Source of the DNA: Takakia lepidozioides
Lineage: Eukaryota > Plantae > Bryophyta
Reading direction: 5' to 3'
Assembly (NCBI GenBank): GCA_030704615.1
Contig: CM060731.1
Location: 58,962,001-59,026,000 of the forward strand
Length of the DNA: 64,000 nt
Under the pieces are notes generated by a model, which did no database searches, had not been told where the DNA came from, and was given only the letters and a program-made list of their open reading frames with translations. Shown piece after piece: positions 26,308-40,482 of the stretch (position 1 is its first letter; the number at the start of each line of letters is the position of its first letter). Made by a program: the position numbers and the translations under genes.

Positions 26308-29300
26308 CAGTTGAGTTACATGAGTGTGGAAGAAGAAATCCAAGAAAAGAACTTGGAAGATGAAAACAGAGAGAAAAAAATGGAAGATAAAGAGTATGAA
26401 GAAGTAGACCCAATAGTTGAGGTTGAGACTACAACCAGGACATCCCAACCTGTTGGACCTGGATCAAGTGGAGCACTTGGATCACAGGCCAACAATGGTG
26501 TCGGCTCAGGGGGATCAAGCGGGCAGCTTGGATCTGGCTCTGGGGGGACAGGGAGTGTGGGAAGTAGTGCAACTGTAGCTGGGAATACTGTAAGTACAAA
26601 GAGGCCAGTAGTAGGGAGTGCTCAGGGGCCAATACTTGGTGGGAGTTCCACCACTGCAGCAGCAAGTCCTCAAGGACCAACACCAATAGGAGGACCAGCA
26701 CCTGTCAGAGGGCAGGGTGTAGGGCCACAGATGGCCGTACCTCAAACACGGGCAAAGCCACATTTTCCAATATATGTAGGAAAAGGGGATCCTGATGTAC
26801 ACATTAGCCAATTTGAGCATATGTGTATTGTGAACAATGAGAATGGCGATGATGCCAAGATGAGACTGTTTCCTTGTTCACTTATCAAGAAAGCAAGTGA
26901 ATGGTATGCAAGATTTCCGGATAATCATTTCCTAACCTGGAATGGCCTTAGTACGGCATTCCGAAATAGGTTCAGGACAAGCAAAACTGAGGACAAAGTG
27001 TATGGAAGTTTACAACAGTTAAGGCAAAAGAAGCATGAAACTGTTGAAGAGTATATGGAAAAGATGGAATTAATGATGAAAAAGCTGGCTGTTGTACCAG
27101 CACCAGGGTTACAGAAGACTTGGTTTGTGAGTGGACTAAGATCAGAGTTGCAAAAGAAAGTGGATATGCTACCCCATAATACAGTGGAGGAGGCATTTGA
27201 AACAGCTAACAGAATTGAGCAATTGGGAATGCTCAGGAGAGAGAAAAGGGATGAGGACTCTGAGGAGGAGTCAGATGAGGAAGAAGAGCAAGAGCTCAAG
27301 AAGAAGAGTAAGAAGAAGGAAAAGTTGAAGAGGGATAACTATGAGAAAAGATTGGAACAGATCTTGAAGAAGTATGCCACAGAGGCTGCAACACATTGGA
27401 GGAAGGGTGTTTGGTGTGCAAAATGCCAAAATAAAGGCCATACCACAGCTATGCCACATGAAGGAGAAACACTGTACTATCTGTAAAATGGATAACCATT
27501 CTACTTAGAATTGTTATTACAACAGAGGGACAGCTGCAAGAGAACCTAGGCAAGTAAGGGTGCATCAAGTGCAGCCCCAGCCAAGAAGAAACAATGATCA
27601 GGACCACTATGGTAGGCCTGGTGGTTATAACAATGGTATGGAAGGGAGAGGTAATCCAAGAGGGGATTACCAAGGCAATCCCAGGGGCAACTATTAGGGT
27701 AATCCAAGGGGGAATTACCAGCCAGGGAATCATGATTATAGAAATAATCCCAGAGTAGATCAAGGGCGATGACCCAATGGTGAAGAACTGTGTTACTATT
27801 GTAATCAGGCAAGACATCGCAAGGCAGCCTGTTCATTCTGGATTAGACACCAGAATGAGATGAGAGCTCCTATGAATGAGGGCCCAGTGGTGGCAGCTCA
27901 CATGGTTAGGCCATGTGTTGTACCAGAAGTAAGTACAATGATAGTAACTAGAAGCAAAGCTAAATTAATACCTCCAGTAGATGAGGAAGATGATGATAAT
28001 GAAGATGGCAATGATGTGCCTGAAGACGATGAGGCTTGGAGAGATGAGAAGGAACTGCACAAGGAAGTGGCTGATACCATAAGGGAAATGCAGAAGAGTA
28101 CTGATGATTCCTCTGATTCTGAAAGAGAAGATGAAGAAAGTGAAGATGAAATGAAGAAAGAAGCTGCACAAGTGCAGGGTAATGAAGGGACTTTGGCTGA
28201 AGTAATATGCCAGTCCAAAGCGGAGATTACCATTGGACAACTATTGGTTGTGGCACCTCATTGTAGGCACAAGCTGCATCAAGCAATCAATCAGATTGCC
28301 CATGCGACAGAGAACACAGGCATGAACAACAAGGTGACCAGTTATAATGTGAAGCCGGAAGGGCGAGAAACAGTCCTGGACTTTGATGATTCTATGCCAG
28401 TAATCCAATTGAGAATTGGAAGCACAGACCTGACTAATGTACTGATAGATGGAGGCTCGGGAGTGAATATCATGACAGACCAATTAAGGCAGAAGCTTGG
28501 TCTAAGTAACATGAAACCAGCCCCATTCACAGTAACAATGGCAGATCAAAGAAGTGCTCAGCCATTAGGCTTGATAAGAGGAGTTAAGATACAGATTCAA
28601 AAGATGATCTTTAAGATAATAGTGACTATATTGAAAATGGATGATGTCATGGAAGCTTACTCCTTATTGCTGGGTCGACCATGGCTGAAACAGGCCAAGG
28701 TATTCCATGACTGGAATTCCTAGTTACTAACTGTGCATGATGGGATGCACAAGATACAAATCACCACTAAGAAATCTAGTAGACTACCTGCTACGAGAAG
28801 ACCTCGAGGAGTCAGAGAGTATGACTGGAGAAAAGGACTTGATGAGGAGTAGGAAGCTACCCTGTTCGCTTCACACCCAGAGTGGGAGCAGGTTGCAGAA
28901 ATGCAACTAGAAGGCCTAAGTTGTTTAAAAGGTATCTGCTGTGGTGTAGTAACAGCAACATCAATTGAGGGTGAAACAAGCAGTTACCCACCACATTTCT
29001 ATGAAGAAAGAGAGGGAGAAATGGAAATCCTAGAAGAACCAACCACTGTGAGTTTACAGGATGAAGTGGTGACTGGTTGGACAATCACAGCTGATGAGCA
29101 AGTGAGAGAAGTGAATGTGGGAACTGAGAAGGAACTGAGAATGGTGAAAGTAGTGGCTGACTTGGAGCCAAAATTCTTTGAGGAAGCTAAGAGTCTGTTC
29201 ATCAAATACAAAGATGTATTTGCTTAGAGCTATGAGGTTCTGAAAGGGATACCACCTGAGATCTGTCAACATAAGATTGAACTAGAACCAGGGTCAGTAC

Positions 29301-31900
29301 CAATCAAACAGACAAGGTATAGAATGAATCCCAACTATGCACAAAAGGTTGGGGAAGAGATCAAGAAGTTGGCTGAGGCTAAGTTCATATACCCAATAGA
29401 GTATACAACTTGGTTGTCACCCATTGTGATAGTTCCCAAGAAGAATGGTAAACTGAGAGTTTGTGTGAACTATAAGAAGTTGAATGCTTGTACAAAGAAA
29501 GATCCCTTCCCTTTGCCATTCACAGAAGCGGTACTGGACCACTGTGGCAGGCATGAGATGTACTCATTCATGGATGGCTTCAGTGGGTATAACCAAGTGC
29601 AAGTGGCAGAAGAAAGACCAGGAAAGACAATCTTTCATCACAGACTGGGGTGCTTATGCATACAAGTCATGTCTTTTGGACTTTGTAAATGCACCAGCAA
29701 CTTTTTCAGAGAGTGATAAGTGAATCTTTCATGAGTATCTGGATGAATTTCATGCAGGTGGTTTAGATGACTTTAGAGTGTATAGTTCTAAGAATGAGCA
29801 CTTTGCATAAATTGAGTTGTGTTTTGGGCAAATGCAGGATGAGAGAGGTCTGGGCTGAATCCAGAGAAGTGTACTTTCTGTGTGAACTCAGGGGTACTTT
29901 GGGACACATTGTGTGAAAGAGGGGACTGCTTTGGATCCAGAAAGATAGAGGCTATTAAAGCCTCTCCACCACCAGGAAATGTTCAGAGTCTAAGGAGATT
30001 CCTTGGACAAACCAGTTATTACAGAAGATTTGTTAGTTGCACAGATAGCAGCACCATTGAGCAAGCTTCTGAAGAAAGATGTAGTGTTTGCATGGACAGC
30101 TGAATGTCAACAGGCTTTTGAGAACTTAACATTGTCAGTAACAACTACACACTGTGCTGATTAACCCTCACTCGCATGTAGTATTTCATGTTCACTGTGA
30201 TGCCTTAGGAGAAGCATTGGGAGCAGTGTTAGCCCAAAATGTTACAGGAAACATAAATTCACCTGTGTACTATGCTAGCAGGTTGATGAACAGTGCTGAA
30301 AGGAACTATGGCACAACTAAAAGAGAACCATTGGCAATGATTTATGCAATCAAGAAATTCAGGCATTACTTATTGGGAATGAAGTTTATGTTTTATGTGG
30401 ATCATCATGCTCTGATTTATCTGGTGAACAAGCCTTTGATAAGTGGCAGGATAGCAAGCTGGTTAATAATCTTGCACGAGTTTGAGTTCGAAGTTGTTTA
30501 CAAGCCTGGCCGTTTGCATCTTGTGGCAGATCACTTGTCACGCCTATATCAACAGGAGAGCCCGCCACGGGAGTAGACGACCAACTACCTGATGCGAGTT
30601 TATTTGCAGTGGAGGTGCAGGGAAGTATAGAGGATTGGTTAGATTGGCAGTGGCCAATCAAATACTACCTTACTCATGGTCAGTGCCCACCTAGTTATGG
30701 GAAGGAGCAGAGGAAGAGAATAGTTATCAAGGCTTTACCTTACACTATGATAGGGGGCAGAATGTATAAGCTAGGACCTGATGGAGTTCTTAAATGATGC
30801 TTGTACCACCATGAAGTAAATAAAGTTTTGGAGGAAGTTCATAAAGGAGTGGCTGGAGGTCATTTTGGAGAAGAGACTACCAATAGAAAGATACTACTTG
30901 CAGGTTACTAGTGGCCTACTTTGTTCAAGGATGTACACAAATATTGCAAGAGTTGTGATGAGTGTTAGAGGCTAGGACCATTGCAGAGATCTAGGAAGAT
31001 GGCTTTGCATCCTACGATGCTTACTGAACCATTTCAGAAATGGGGACTAGACTTTGTTGGACCAATTAACCCACCAGCCAAAATACACAGAAACAAGTAT
31101 ATAATCACAGCCACTGATTATACTACAAAGTGGGTGGAAGCTAAAGCTCTGAGGGACAACACATCTAAGTCCACAGCAAGGTTCCTGTATGAGAACATAC
31201 TTACAAGATTTGGCTATCCCTTGGAATTTATCAGTGACCAGGGAAGTCACTTCATCAATGAGACCATAGAACTATTGATTAAAGAGTTAATGATTGTGCA
31301 TATGAAGAGTACAACCTATTACCCACAGGGTAATGGACAGGCAGAGACCACCAACAAAATACTATGTACTATCTTGGCTAAGATAGTCAATGCAAACAGA
31401 ACAGATTGGGATACAAAGCTGCTGACAGCTTTGTGGTCATACATGACTTCATATAAAGTCACCACTAAGTATACACCATTCCAATTAGTTTATGGTATGG
31501 AAGTTTTACTTCTAGTGGAATTATTGTTACCTACCATGAGAACTGAATGGGGAAGGAGAATGGAATTGGAAGATTCAATTAAAGTCAGGAAACATGAATT
31601 ATATCATGTGGAGGAAGTACGTGCTGATGCAGCAGATAACATGACCAGAATTCAAATGAAGAGGAAGGATCAGTTTGATGAAGGTAAATTAAAGACTTTT
31701 AAGACGGGTGATTTGGTACTATGGATGCAGAAGAAGGGTAAGATTAAAGCTTCTAAGCTTAAGTCACCTTAGAAAGGACCTTATGTCATACATAAGATGT
31801 ATGATAACAACACAACCATGTTACAAACCATTAACAATGAGATGCTTGGAAGAGTCAATGCCAATAAGTTGAAAGGATATAGTGGTATACATGATAAACC
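26308..31900 (+). pseudogene. gag-pol of Gypsy copy 2, with stops and frameshifts
   Basis: ORFs ..27486, 27860-28723, 28901-29227, 29324-29716, 30154-30576, 30981-31772. Confidence 0.93.
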
Positions 31901-32717
31901 ATTACAACATGATTTGCATCTTGAAACACAGATGCAGACACAAACTACATCAGTAACACCAACAGAATATGGAGCACTTGTTATAAAGCCGAGTGTGTAT
32001 GGCCAGGGTGGAAAGTACAGGTGTTCACATAGCTATCACAGCCCACCACAGTGTGACACAACCTATCACAGCTCGTCACAGTCTGACACGGCCTGTCACA
32101 GTCTGACACGGCCTGTCACAGCCTAACACAGCCCACGCGGGTTGCACAGTCCATAGGGTCAGTGACAGGCGGATGCGGGTTAACGTCAGAAAATTGGCCG
32201 GCAAGTGAAAGGACAGCTTGGAAGTCAAACTCGGAGAATGTGCCACGAGGACAGGGGAAGACGGAGGCGTGTCTAAAAACGAACACGTGGCCACTAGGGT
32301 GAAGCACACCGCAGTGCATATATTGCAAAAGTGGGTATCATCATGCAAGAGGACAAACTGGGCTGTCAAAGTACCTACTCGGTACATCGGCCAAAACTAT
32401 TTGTGGGCCCATTAATGCATTCAGGGCAAAGGTAACGGAACCCTTTACGAGTACAGAAAAGGGGGACTTTTGCCACATGTGCTGTCTTAGTGGACATTCC
32501 GGGTGGGAATGTCCACTGAGGGGGGTAAAATTAAAAAGTTACCCAAGGAGGCAACAGGCAATCAGGAGCGAGAATTTCATGCAGGTGGTTCCCTCCAAGA
32601 AACAAGAACAAGAAATTAGAAGAGTTATGAGCGGAAGAGTCGGGGTGGCTCCGAATAACCAGTACACAGTGGCGCAAGGACGGACGGGTTGAGAGTACAT
32701 TCTCTCTCACTCGATAC

Positions 32718-35700
32718 TTGCAAGCTCCACAGGCTTACATGCACTTACCCGTTCCTTTCTGTGCCAACCATACTTTTATGCTCTACGCCTTGCAAGCTTT
32801 CTTAGAGCTATTTCAAACAAGGCCATCTTGTTTGTCTGGAATGAAGAGAATTCGGGGAATGGAGGATGTCAGGGTGAAGAGCACCACGATTCTGCAGAAG
32901 CAGACAATTGCTACACCTCAGGCAGTGCAGCTGTTGAAGGAGTTGCGATTGGAAGGACTGCTACGCAAGGAATGGTCCTTGTATCATAGGGCGTTCATGA
33001 TACAATTCATTCAGAACTTTGAACCTCAGATGGGAGTTACACAAGTGAGGGGAGTAGATATAGAGATTACTCCCCAATACTTGCAGCGATTGTTTGAATT
33101 GCCATCAGGCCGTGTAAATGTGGATGAGCACAGGGCAAGATTGCAGATAGGAAATTTGCTCCAAGAAGGGAGTTTCTTTAAGACTCAGGGATACACTTGC
33201 ACCAAGGCCGAGTACCCAGGGTTAAAAGAAGCTGGTCAGGTTCTGAACGTTCTGTTTTGCATGAAACAGAACCAACAATACCTTAGCAGATCATTCACGG
33301 AGGAGATACTGAAAGCCTTGAGGGGGGAAGATGTGGCTTAGGCGGACTTAATGTACAATGGTTTGGTGGAAGAGATGAAGCGGTTACAAGGCACTGCTAC
33401 TAAGTCTCCAATTGTTGTGTTTGGCCCAGTGATTGCGCAAATTATTCTTGATTCTTGCATACTTGATACGCGAGAACGTAAGGAGATGGGAGTGTTTGAG
33501 GCAGAAACCACTGCAACTGAGGAGCGGGGCTCTTCACATGGTGAAGGTGGATTGGAGGGGCGGCACCAATCCAAGAGACAAAAGAGGGACACGACTATAG
33601 TGGCAGATCCACTAGCTTCAAGGGAACCGCAAAATGATGATGTTTCCATAGCTCTTGTGCAAGATGAGGAACAGCAGCACAGAGGGCTGTTATTACTGGA
33701 AGCACGACCTTTGGAGAGGGAAGAAGAACTCACTTCGGTACCACAGCCATCACAGCCAGTTGACTCGGTTGTCTTCGAGGTCCTTCAGTTAGTACATGTT
33801 GTTGCACCAGAGCCTATTGCTCTGGAAGGAGAAGGGTTGGACATTCCCACTACAGAGCAGGTCGTGGCAGAAATTGAGAAGGGTGACCTTCTCTATGAAA
33901 ACTCTGGCTTGGTTAGGGAACCAGTGGTACCTGAGGTGCAGAGTTTGTCCAAGGAAATCCCTGCTGTGCATGTGATACCCAAACCTGTGGCGGAGGTCTT
34001 GTGGGAACATGGTCTGAATGGTTGGTGAAACATCACACTGTGGAGGATCAGGGAGAACAACAGCAAGTTCACCATGAAGACCCACAGCAGGCCATGCTTA
34101 TGAGTTCTATAAGCAGGACACTCAATTTGCTGGGTATTTATGTGAAATCCCATGTTCCATCTACACAATTGACAGCTTTAAGGGAGGAACTCAAGTAGGA
34201 GTTTGAGGCTAGAATTGCCACTGAGTGTGCAAACAAGGTAGATATGGAGGCCAATCTCAAGTTACAGAAAGAGTTGGAGGACACAAAGGCTGCCTTGCAG
34301 CTAGCAAAGGGGAATCTGATTGAAGCAGGTCTGGAGCAGAAGAAATTGCATACAGTACATAAGCAACAGCTATACCAGTTGCAAATGACGCATGAGGGCA
34401 AATTGCAGAAGGTGAAGGTGCTTCATACAGAGTTGGAGGCAGTTCATCAGAAAATGACCATCCAATGCGCCACGCTAACAACTGCTTTGCAGCAAACTGC
34501 AGCAAAAGTTTACAAACAAGCAGAGAGGTGTATGATAGTGGAGGCCGAGACAGTCGAGCAAGGGAAACTCATTGCTGAGTTGAAGACTACTATCCGTGGC
34601 AATGATGATACCTTCCAACAATTCAGTCGGATGGAGGCAGAGAAAGAAAGGTACATCCTGGAGTTGCAGCAAACTCTTACGGGCCAGAAGAATGAACTTT
34701 CTGTGGCTAACAAGGCTTGGAAGGAGGCCAATAATCTGGCTGCTGCCTATGCGGCCCTGGTTGAACCTCATGCGAAGCGCATGAAGGCTTTACAGCAGCA
34801 GTTGGATGTGTACAGACTTAAGGAGGAGCAGGCTCTCAGGGGTGCCACACAGGACTTGGTGGATAATCACCTTATGCAAGTGTGGTTAGCACAAGGGCTG
34901 GTAGAAGGAAAAGCACCAAGGAAGCTCACTCAGGGAGAGATGAATGATCTCAGACTACAGGTCCAGAACATTACCACAACTACTATAGACAATATCTATA
35001 GTAGAATAGTTGAGTTACAGGATAATGTAGAAGGGCTATAGACTCAAGTGGATGACCTGAGCTCGAACATTGACAACAGAGCTTTAGTTCCTGAAGAGCA
35101 GCTCATGGCTACTTATCTGCAGGCCAGGACTTTGATTTTCCAATCTTCTTCGCAGGAGGTGCAGGAGTTGCCAGTAGTAGGAGGGACAATGTCGGCAATA
35201 TCACAGCCTCCACAGCAGGTGGCTGTGCAGGTGGCTGACCATGTTGATACCATGGCAAAGCCATAGCCTGAGGTTTGGGGGGATGCTGTTTTTAACCCAC
35301 CTAGGACTCCTGCTGCACTGGAGTACAATTGGGCTATGATGATGCCCTTCAACCAAATTCCCATTGTGATGGATTTGGCTTGGAAGGAATTCAGTCCTCC
35401 ACAGTCGTTGGCACATTATTACCAGATCATGCGCATTTGGTTGCCAGTGACAACTCGGAGTAAGGTTCTTCCAAACAATCGACCCATTAAAGATCAGCAC
35501 TTTGCAAGGTACTGGTCTGAGGCAGGCACCATGCTGAAGGAATTAATTGCCTTCGAGGTTGTTCATGAGTACATCTACACCAAGGCTGTGGATTATACTA
35601 TGCTGCTTGTTTCATGGCACGTTATCACATTGAGCAGCAGAAGATACAATCACGATTTTTGAGTTATTCCAGTGGGGATCATTGGGTCTTACCTTCAGTT

Positions 35701-36327
35701 CCACCCCATATGTATCTGTATGATGCCAAAGTCATGATGCAGAAGGATTCCCAGCTTTGTTCATGGTTTAATTTGGCTTGGAACAACTTGGCCAAAGAAA
35801 AATTGGGCCCTGATGATATTTTCTATAAGGGACATGAAGCCTGGAAATACTTACACTGTTCCAAAGTCATTGGCACACCTCTCACCTATACGGCCAAGGA
35901 GTTCAGGGAGTTCAGGGAGTTCACTCGTTTTGCTTGCAAACGCTTATAGCAAGTAGTACAATTTAAGCTTCCAGACATGGTGGGCCAACATTGTATGCCA
36001 TGCAGGATTCCGGAGGAGCCACTTAAAGTTCGGCCACCGAGGCACCTCAGGGGGGAAGATGATTATGATACTACTGGTTCTACAGACGAACCTTTTGACA
36101 TGGCGGAGGACTATGCACTCCAGATGGCAGAGAAGAAATGACAGGGATCTCCTATGCCTGAGAGGTTACCTCGTTATCAACCACATGAGGGTCAGACATT
36201 TCCATTTGGTGCTCAATCACCTCCATCAACCAGTGGCAGGGCTCGAACTCGCACACAGAGCCCTTCAAGAGACTCTCACCGACAAAAGGGTGCTCGCTCA
36301 CAAAGGTTTGCTGATTCTAAACAGTAA
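32718..36327 (+). pseudogene. Extra 3' ORF of Gypsy copy 2
   Basis: Homologous throughout to 3140-6901. Confidence 0.8.
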
Positions 36328-36365
36328 ACCGTGAGGACACGGCTTTTTGAGAGGGGGAGGGGTAA

Positions 36366-37423
36366 TGTTAGAGTGTTGTCTGGGACTTAGACACTTTTAT
36401 GGGCTCTGTGGGGCACCCTTAATTTTTGCGCAGCCTTACGGATGGTAGACTTAGACCAACAGAGGCCTTAGGGGTGACAGGCACAGGCTGTAGGGGTGGT
36501 AGACAGGCTTACACACTTGGTCATAGTCTTACACAGCCCGACACAGCCTTACACAGATTGTCGCAGTTAATCACAACCAGTCACAGTTCGACACAGCATG
36601 ACACAGCCTTACACAGATTGTCGCAGTTAATCACAACCAGTCACAGTTCGACACAGCATGACACAGCCCGACACAGTTTTACACAGCCAGTCACAGCTCG
36701 ACACAGCATGACACAGCCCAACACAGCTTTACACAACTAGTCACAGCTTGACACAGCATGATACAGCCCGACACAGCTTGGCACAGCCCGTCACAGCATA
36801 CATAAGGAACGGTTATCATTAACAGAGAACGATTGTGTGGGAACGACATCTACAGAGGGAACGTGTTATTTCAAGGGTGACAGTTAGTTAGTTAGGTGGT
36901 TAGAATAGCGTGCGGGAAGATTAGGCGGAGCAGCAACAGGAAGGGGATCACTTCTTGGAGAGCACTACTTGGTCAGAGGGGGAGGAGATGAAGCGGAGAG
37001 CGGAAACGGAACCAGGGATGGAGGAAATGGCGAAGATGGGAAGATGACTTGATCGATGCTTAATTCATGCAAGCTGCAGAATCATACAGTAGGGCAGATT
37101 AGGGACACCATGGCATTGGCCTGATACTTATTCGATACAATCACACTGTGTAGAGAGACATGAGTGAAGCTGTGGAATGAATGGATGAGTGAATGGAACC
37201 TGGTAGTTACTGAAGCAATCTGATGCTTCAGTATACACAGTAAGGTAATTTGCTAACATGAAGGCAAGAAGAAATACAAATAGGAAGCACAACCATGATT
37301 CACTAGCTGTAGGTCATGACTGATTGTTCTGAGCGGGCCGAGTGCTTAGAGATATCCAACTCTTCTATCTTGGAGTTTCCACCTCGGATAGCGAATGGAT
37401 GGGTGAGTAAAAGCCGCTCGACA
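36366..37423 (+). repeat. 3' LTR of Gypsy copy 2 (~1060 bp), with expanded ACACAGCC decamer array
   Basis: TGTTAGAG...CGCTCGACA; exact 60-bp duplication 36541-36600 = 36601-36660. Confidence 0.92.
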
Positions 37424-40400
37424 CTATGAAACACTCATACTACTCCGCTGCGGCGACATCCACCCAAACCCAGGCCCAAATACCATAACTAGCATCATCA
37501 ACAAGCTCTCAAAGGATCCTAAAGACAGATATGCACTATATTTCCAAACAGACACTGTCTCCCTCGTGCCTGCATACCAACATCTTAGTGACCACTTCTC
37601 TCCCTTCCTCCCCAACCCTCCACCAATAACCGCAAACTCACACACCCAATTGCCACCTTTGGGCTCCCTGCGTGCGAACACCCATTTCTAGTCAGTGCCA
37701 CCCATAAACTTAACACATACCCTACACAAAACATCTTCTATTCTCACTAATTCATTCACTCCAATACCCAATATGCAACGACTACTTTCGAACCCAACCA
37801 AACATACACATCTGTTCGCTACTACAACAATTGCATGATCTACCCCCACTATCTCACAGATATCTAGCACCCCCCACACCACCTACACAACCTCCACGAA
37901 TCTCTTGACCTACTAAAAGCCGAGCCCGGAGAAGTTCATAGGATTCTCGGTGAACACTTGGCGCACACAACTACAACCATGCATGAGCTCGATACTATCA
38001 CCAACAAATTCCCATTCCTCTCCAAAAAATATTCGCGCAATCCTCTACGCCATGATAGGCATCCCTGGATATCAACCCCGTCCCACCACACCTCCATCCA
38101 CCATCCCACCCTGCATACCCAGCTCCACCAACGACCCACCTCCAACATTCCCTAGATCCAACAGCCCCCCACACACCTCCTCCTCCCAGCCAGCACACGC
38201 ACGCAACATACTCACCTGGAATGTAGGATCACTTGCCACCAGCATCCAAAGCCTTCTCCATCTAACGGACTCTACACCCCCACATATCATTCTATTACAA
38301 GAAACTAAACTCAGCGCACACAACCCCAACAGCTCATATATCAACAAACTCCTCCCAGCCTACTACCTGCTATATAGCAGCTCACTCACAGCTACACAGT
38401 GCCTAGATAGACGCTCCGCGCCATATCACCCTACTCGGGGAGGGGTGGCTTTTGGTATCCTCCGCACACATCACTCCCCTAGCACAACGGTCAAAATCCC
38501 TGTCGCTCTCCCCCTACGATCACATCTTCAAATCATCAAACTACACCTTCCCGCCATCCCTCCTATTATCCTTATACACTTGTACATGCCCTCACACTCC
38601 AAAGATCTCCCCCTGATCCATGATATCCTGCTCACCATCTCTAAAACATTAACACAACCTTCAACCCAATCCCAACACTACATTCTAGCAGACGATTTCA
38701 ACAGGGACATTGCCCTCATGGGTCACACATACAATGGTATACATAAAACTCCATCCCCCGCTGACCATGAATGGGCAAGTTTTAATCACTCACACCATCT
38801 CCGTTATATACCTGTCGATCACTACTATTCCAGACAAGGTGGACTCAACTACTCATCCTTAAGCCTTCTTGACGGTATCTACCTCAAGACACAAAAAGAC
38901 ATCCCCACATACCTCAGCAGTCATGTACACATTAACAGTCTATGCAACTCAGACCATTACCCTGTGTCAATAACCATCCCACCATCTCTCATTCCCTTCA
39001 GACCTATTCCACCCATACATGTCCCACCACCACAATCTAGAATTTTAACCCCACTTCCCCACAATAACATAGTCACATTTCTAAATCATTTCCAACCAAC
39101 ATTCTTACACCTTATGATACAACTCTCCAACATACTCTCCGAAGCAAACCTTGTGCAATCCCCTGACAAAGCCTGGACCGAAGCCGAGACCATACTCACA
39201 ACTTCAATGAAAGAAATGACCAACAGTATCATTGACACCTGCTCTGCCCCCCATGAAATCCCACAACTACACGCTCAAAACAAAATGGTGGCTACCTTAC
39301 CCGTACTCAAAAACGTATATGGACATCATATCTTAACACATACCACACAATCAGGCGTGCCCTCACCATTATACCTACCACTACCCCCATCCACCCGGGA
39401 AACAACTGGCCTTCGGATCCACGTATCACCTGCCCAAACACCTTAACAACATGTCAAGCACTTATGCCTCCACCTGCCAATCCCCAAGATATTCCTCACT
39501 GGACAGCTGCTCTTTCCAAAGTTGGAAGAGATGCCAAAAAAGCTGCTTACAGTATTACCAAACAAAAAGCCGCTGACAATCACAAAAAATTCGTCTCTTC
39601 TTTTAACCGACTGCTATGCGACCATCCCAAAAAAGCTCACAAAGCCATCTTTAACCCTGCCCTCAACCCACCCATCGACTGTCTCAAACACAGACACGGC
39701 CACTTGCTAACCAATCCAATGGACATCAACCAAGAAATATGGTCACAAGCAACCTCGACCTACACACCCATAGTTACAAACTGCTTACACCCCTGTCTCC
39801 ACACTGCCAATTGCATGTGTAAAGCTAAACACTATCCATGGCATGATATAGATGGCTTGTCGATTGACAACAGATGATCCTCAACAGACCGCATCCTAGA
39901 CTTATTTACAATTGATCTCTACCAATCATGCCTAAAAAAACTATCAAAATCTAAAGCCCCGGGTCCCGATCTTATACCAAATGTCATACTTCAAGCATTA
40001 GTCCCTCAACTACATTCCCTCATTTTTAAATTTTTTCAACTATGTTACAAACTAAAACGAATCCCACACTCCTGGAAGTACAGTCGAACCATTCTACTCT
40101 TCAAAGAAGGCGACCCTACAGATCTTAGTAATTATAGGCCCATAGCACTGGCCAACACCATATACAAGCAATTCACCAGCACGCTCACCACAATGCTATT
40201 AAGTTATGGCGAGCAACACCAAATTCTTAGTGACCCCCAAGAAGGATTCCGAGCTACATGCAGCACATCACGACAAATACAATATGTTCTATCCGCACTC
40301 GAAGATGCTAAACTTACAAAGCAAGATATTTATCTTTTATATATCGATTTTAAAAATGCCTTCGGCTCCCTAGATCATGCTAGACTACTTGCTATCATGC

Positions 40401-40482
40401 TTGACCTTGGTTACCCCACTGATGCCGTCCAACTAATAGGAAACATCTACACAAACAGTACTACTGAATATTTTGGTGCACA
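37424..40482 (+). mobile_element. APE-type LINE (2A-like motif, endonuclease, RT N-terminal half), degenerate
   Basis: APE motifs TWNV, LQETKL, DDFN, LDGI, SDHYPV. RT motifs KAPGPD, NYRPIAL, QEGFR, YIDFKNAFGSLDH. Confidence 0.9.

Larger units (their letters stand above)
26308..37423 (+). mobile_element. Ty3/Gypsy copy 2, 5'-truncated (no 5' LTR or PBS)
   Basis: gag, CCHC knuckles, protease LIDGGSGVN, RT, RNase H, integrase, extra ORF, PPT and 3' LTR. Start matches 61675 of copy 4. Confidence 0.95.

Noticed and set aside
6940-37423. LTRs at 6940 and 36366 as the two ends of one element capturing the P450
   Set aside because: Both are preceded by a PPT and neither is followed by a PBS; they are diverged 3' LTRs of separate copies.
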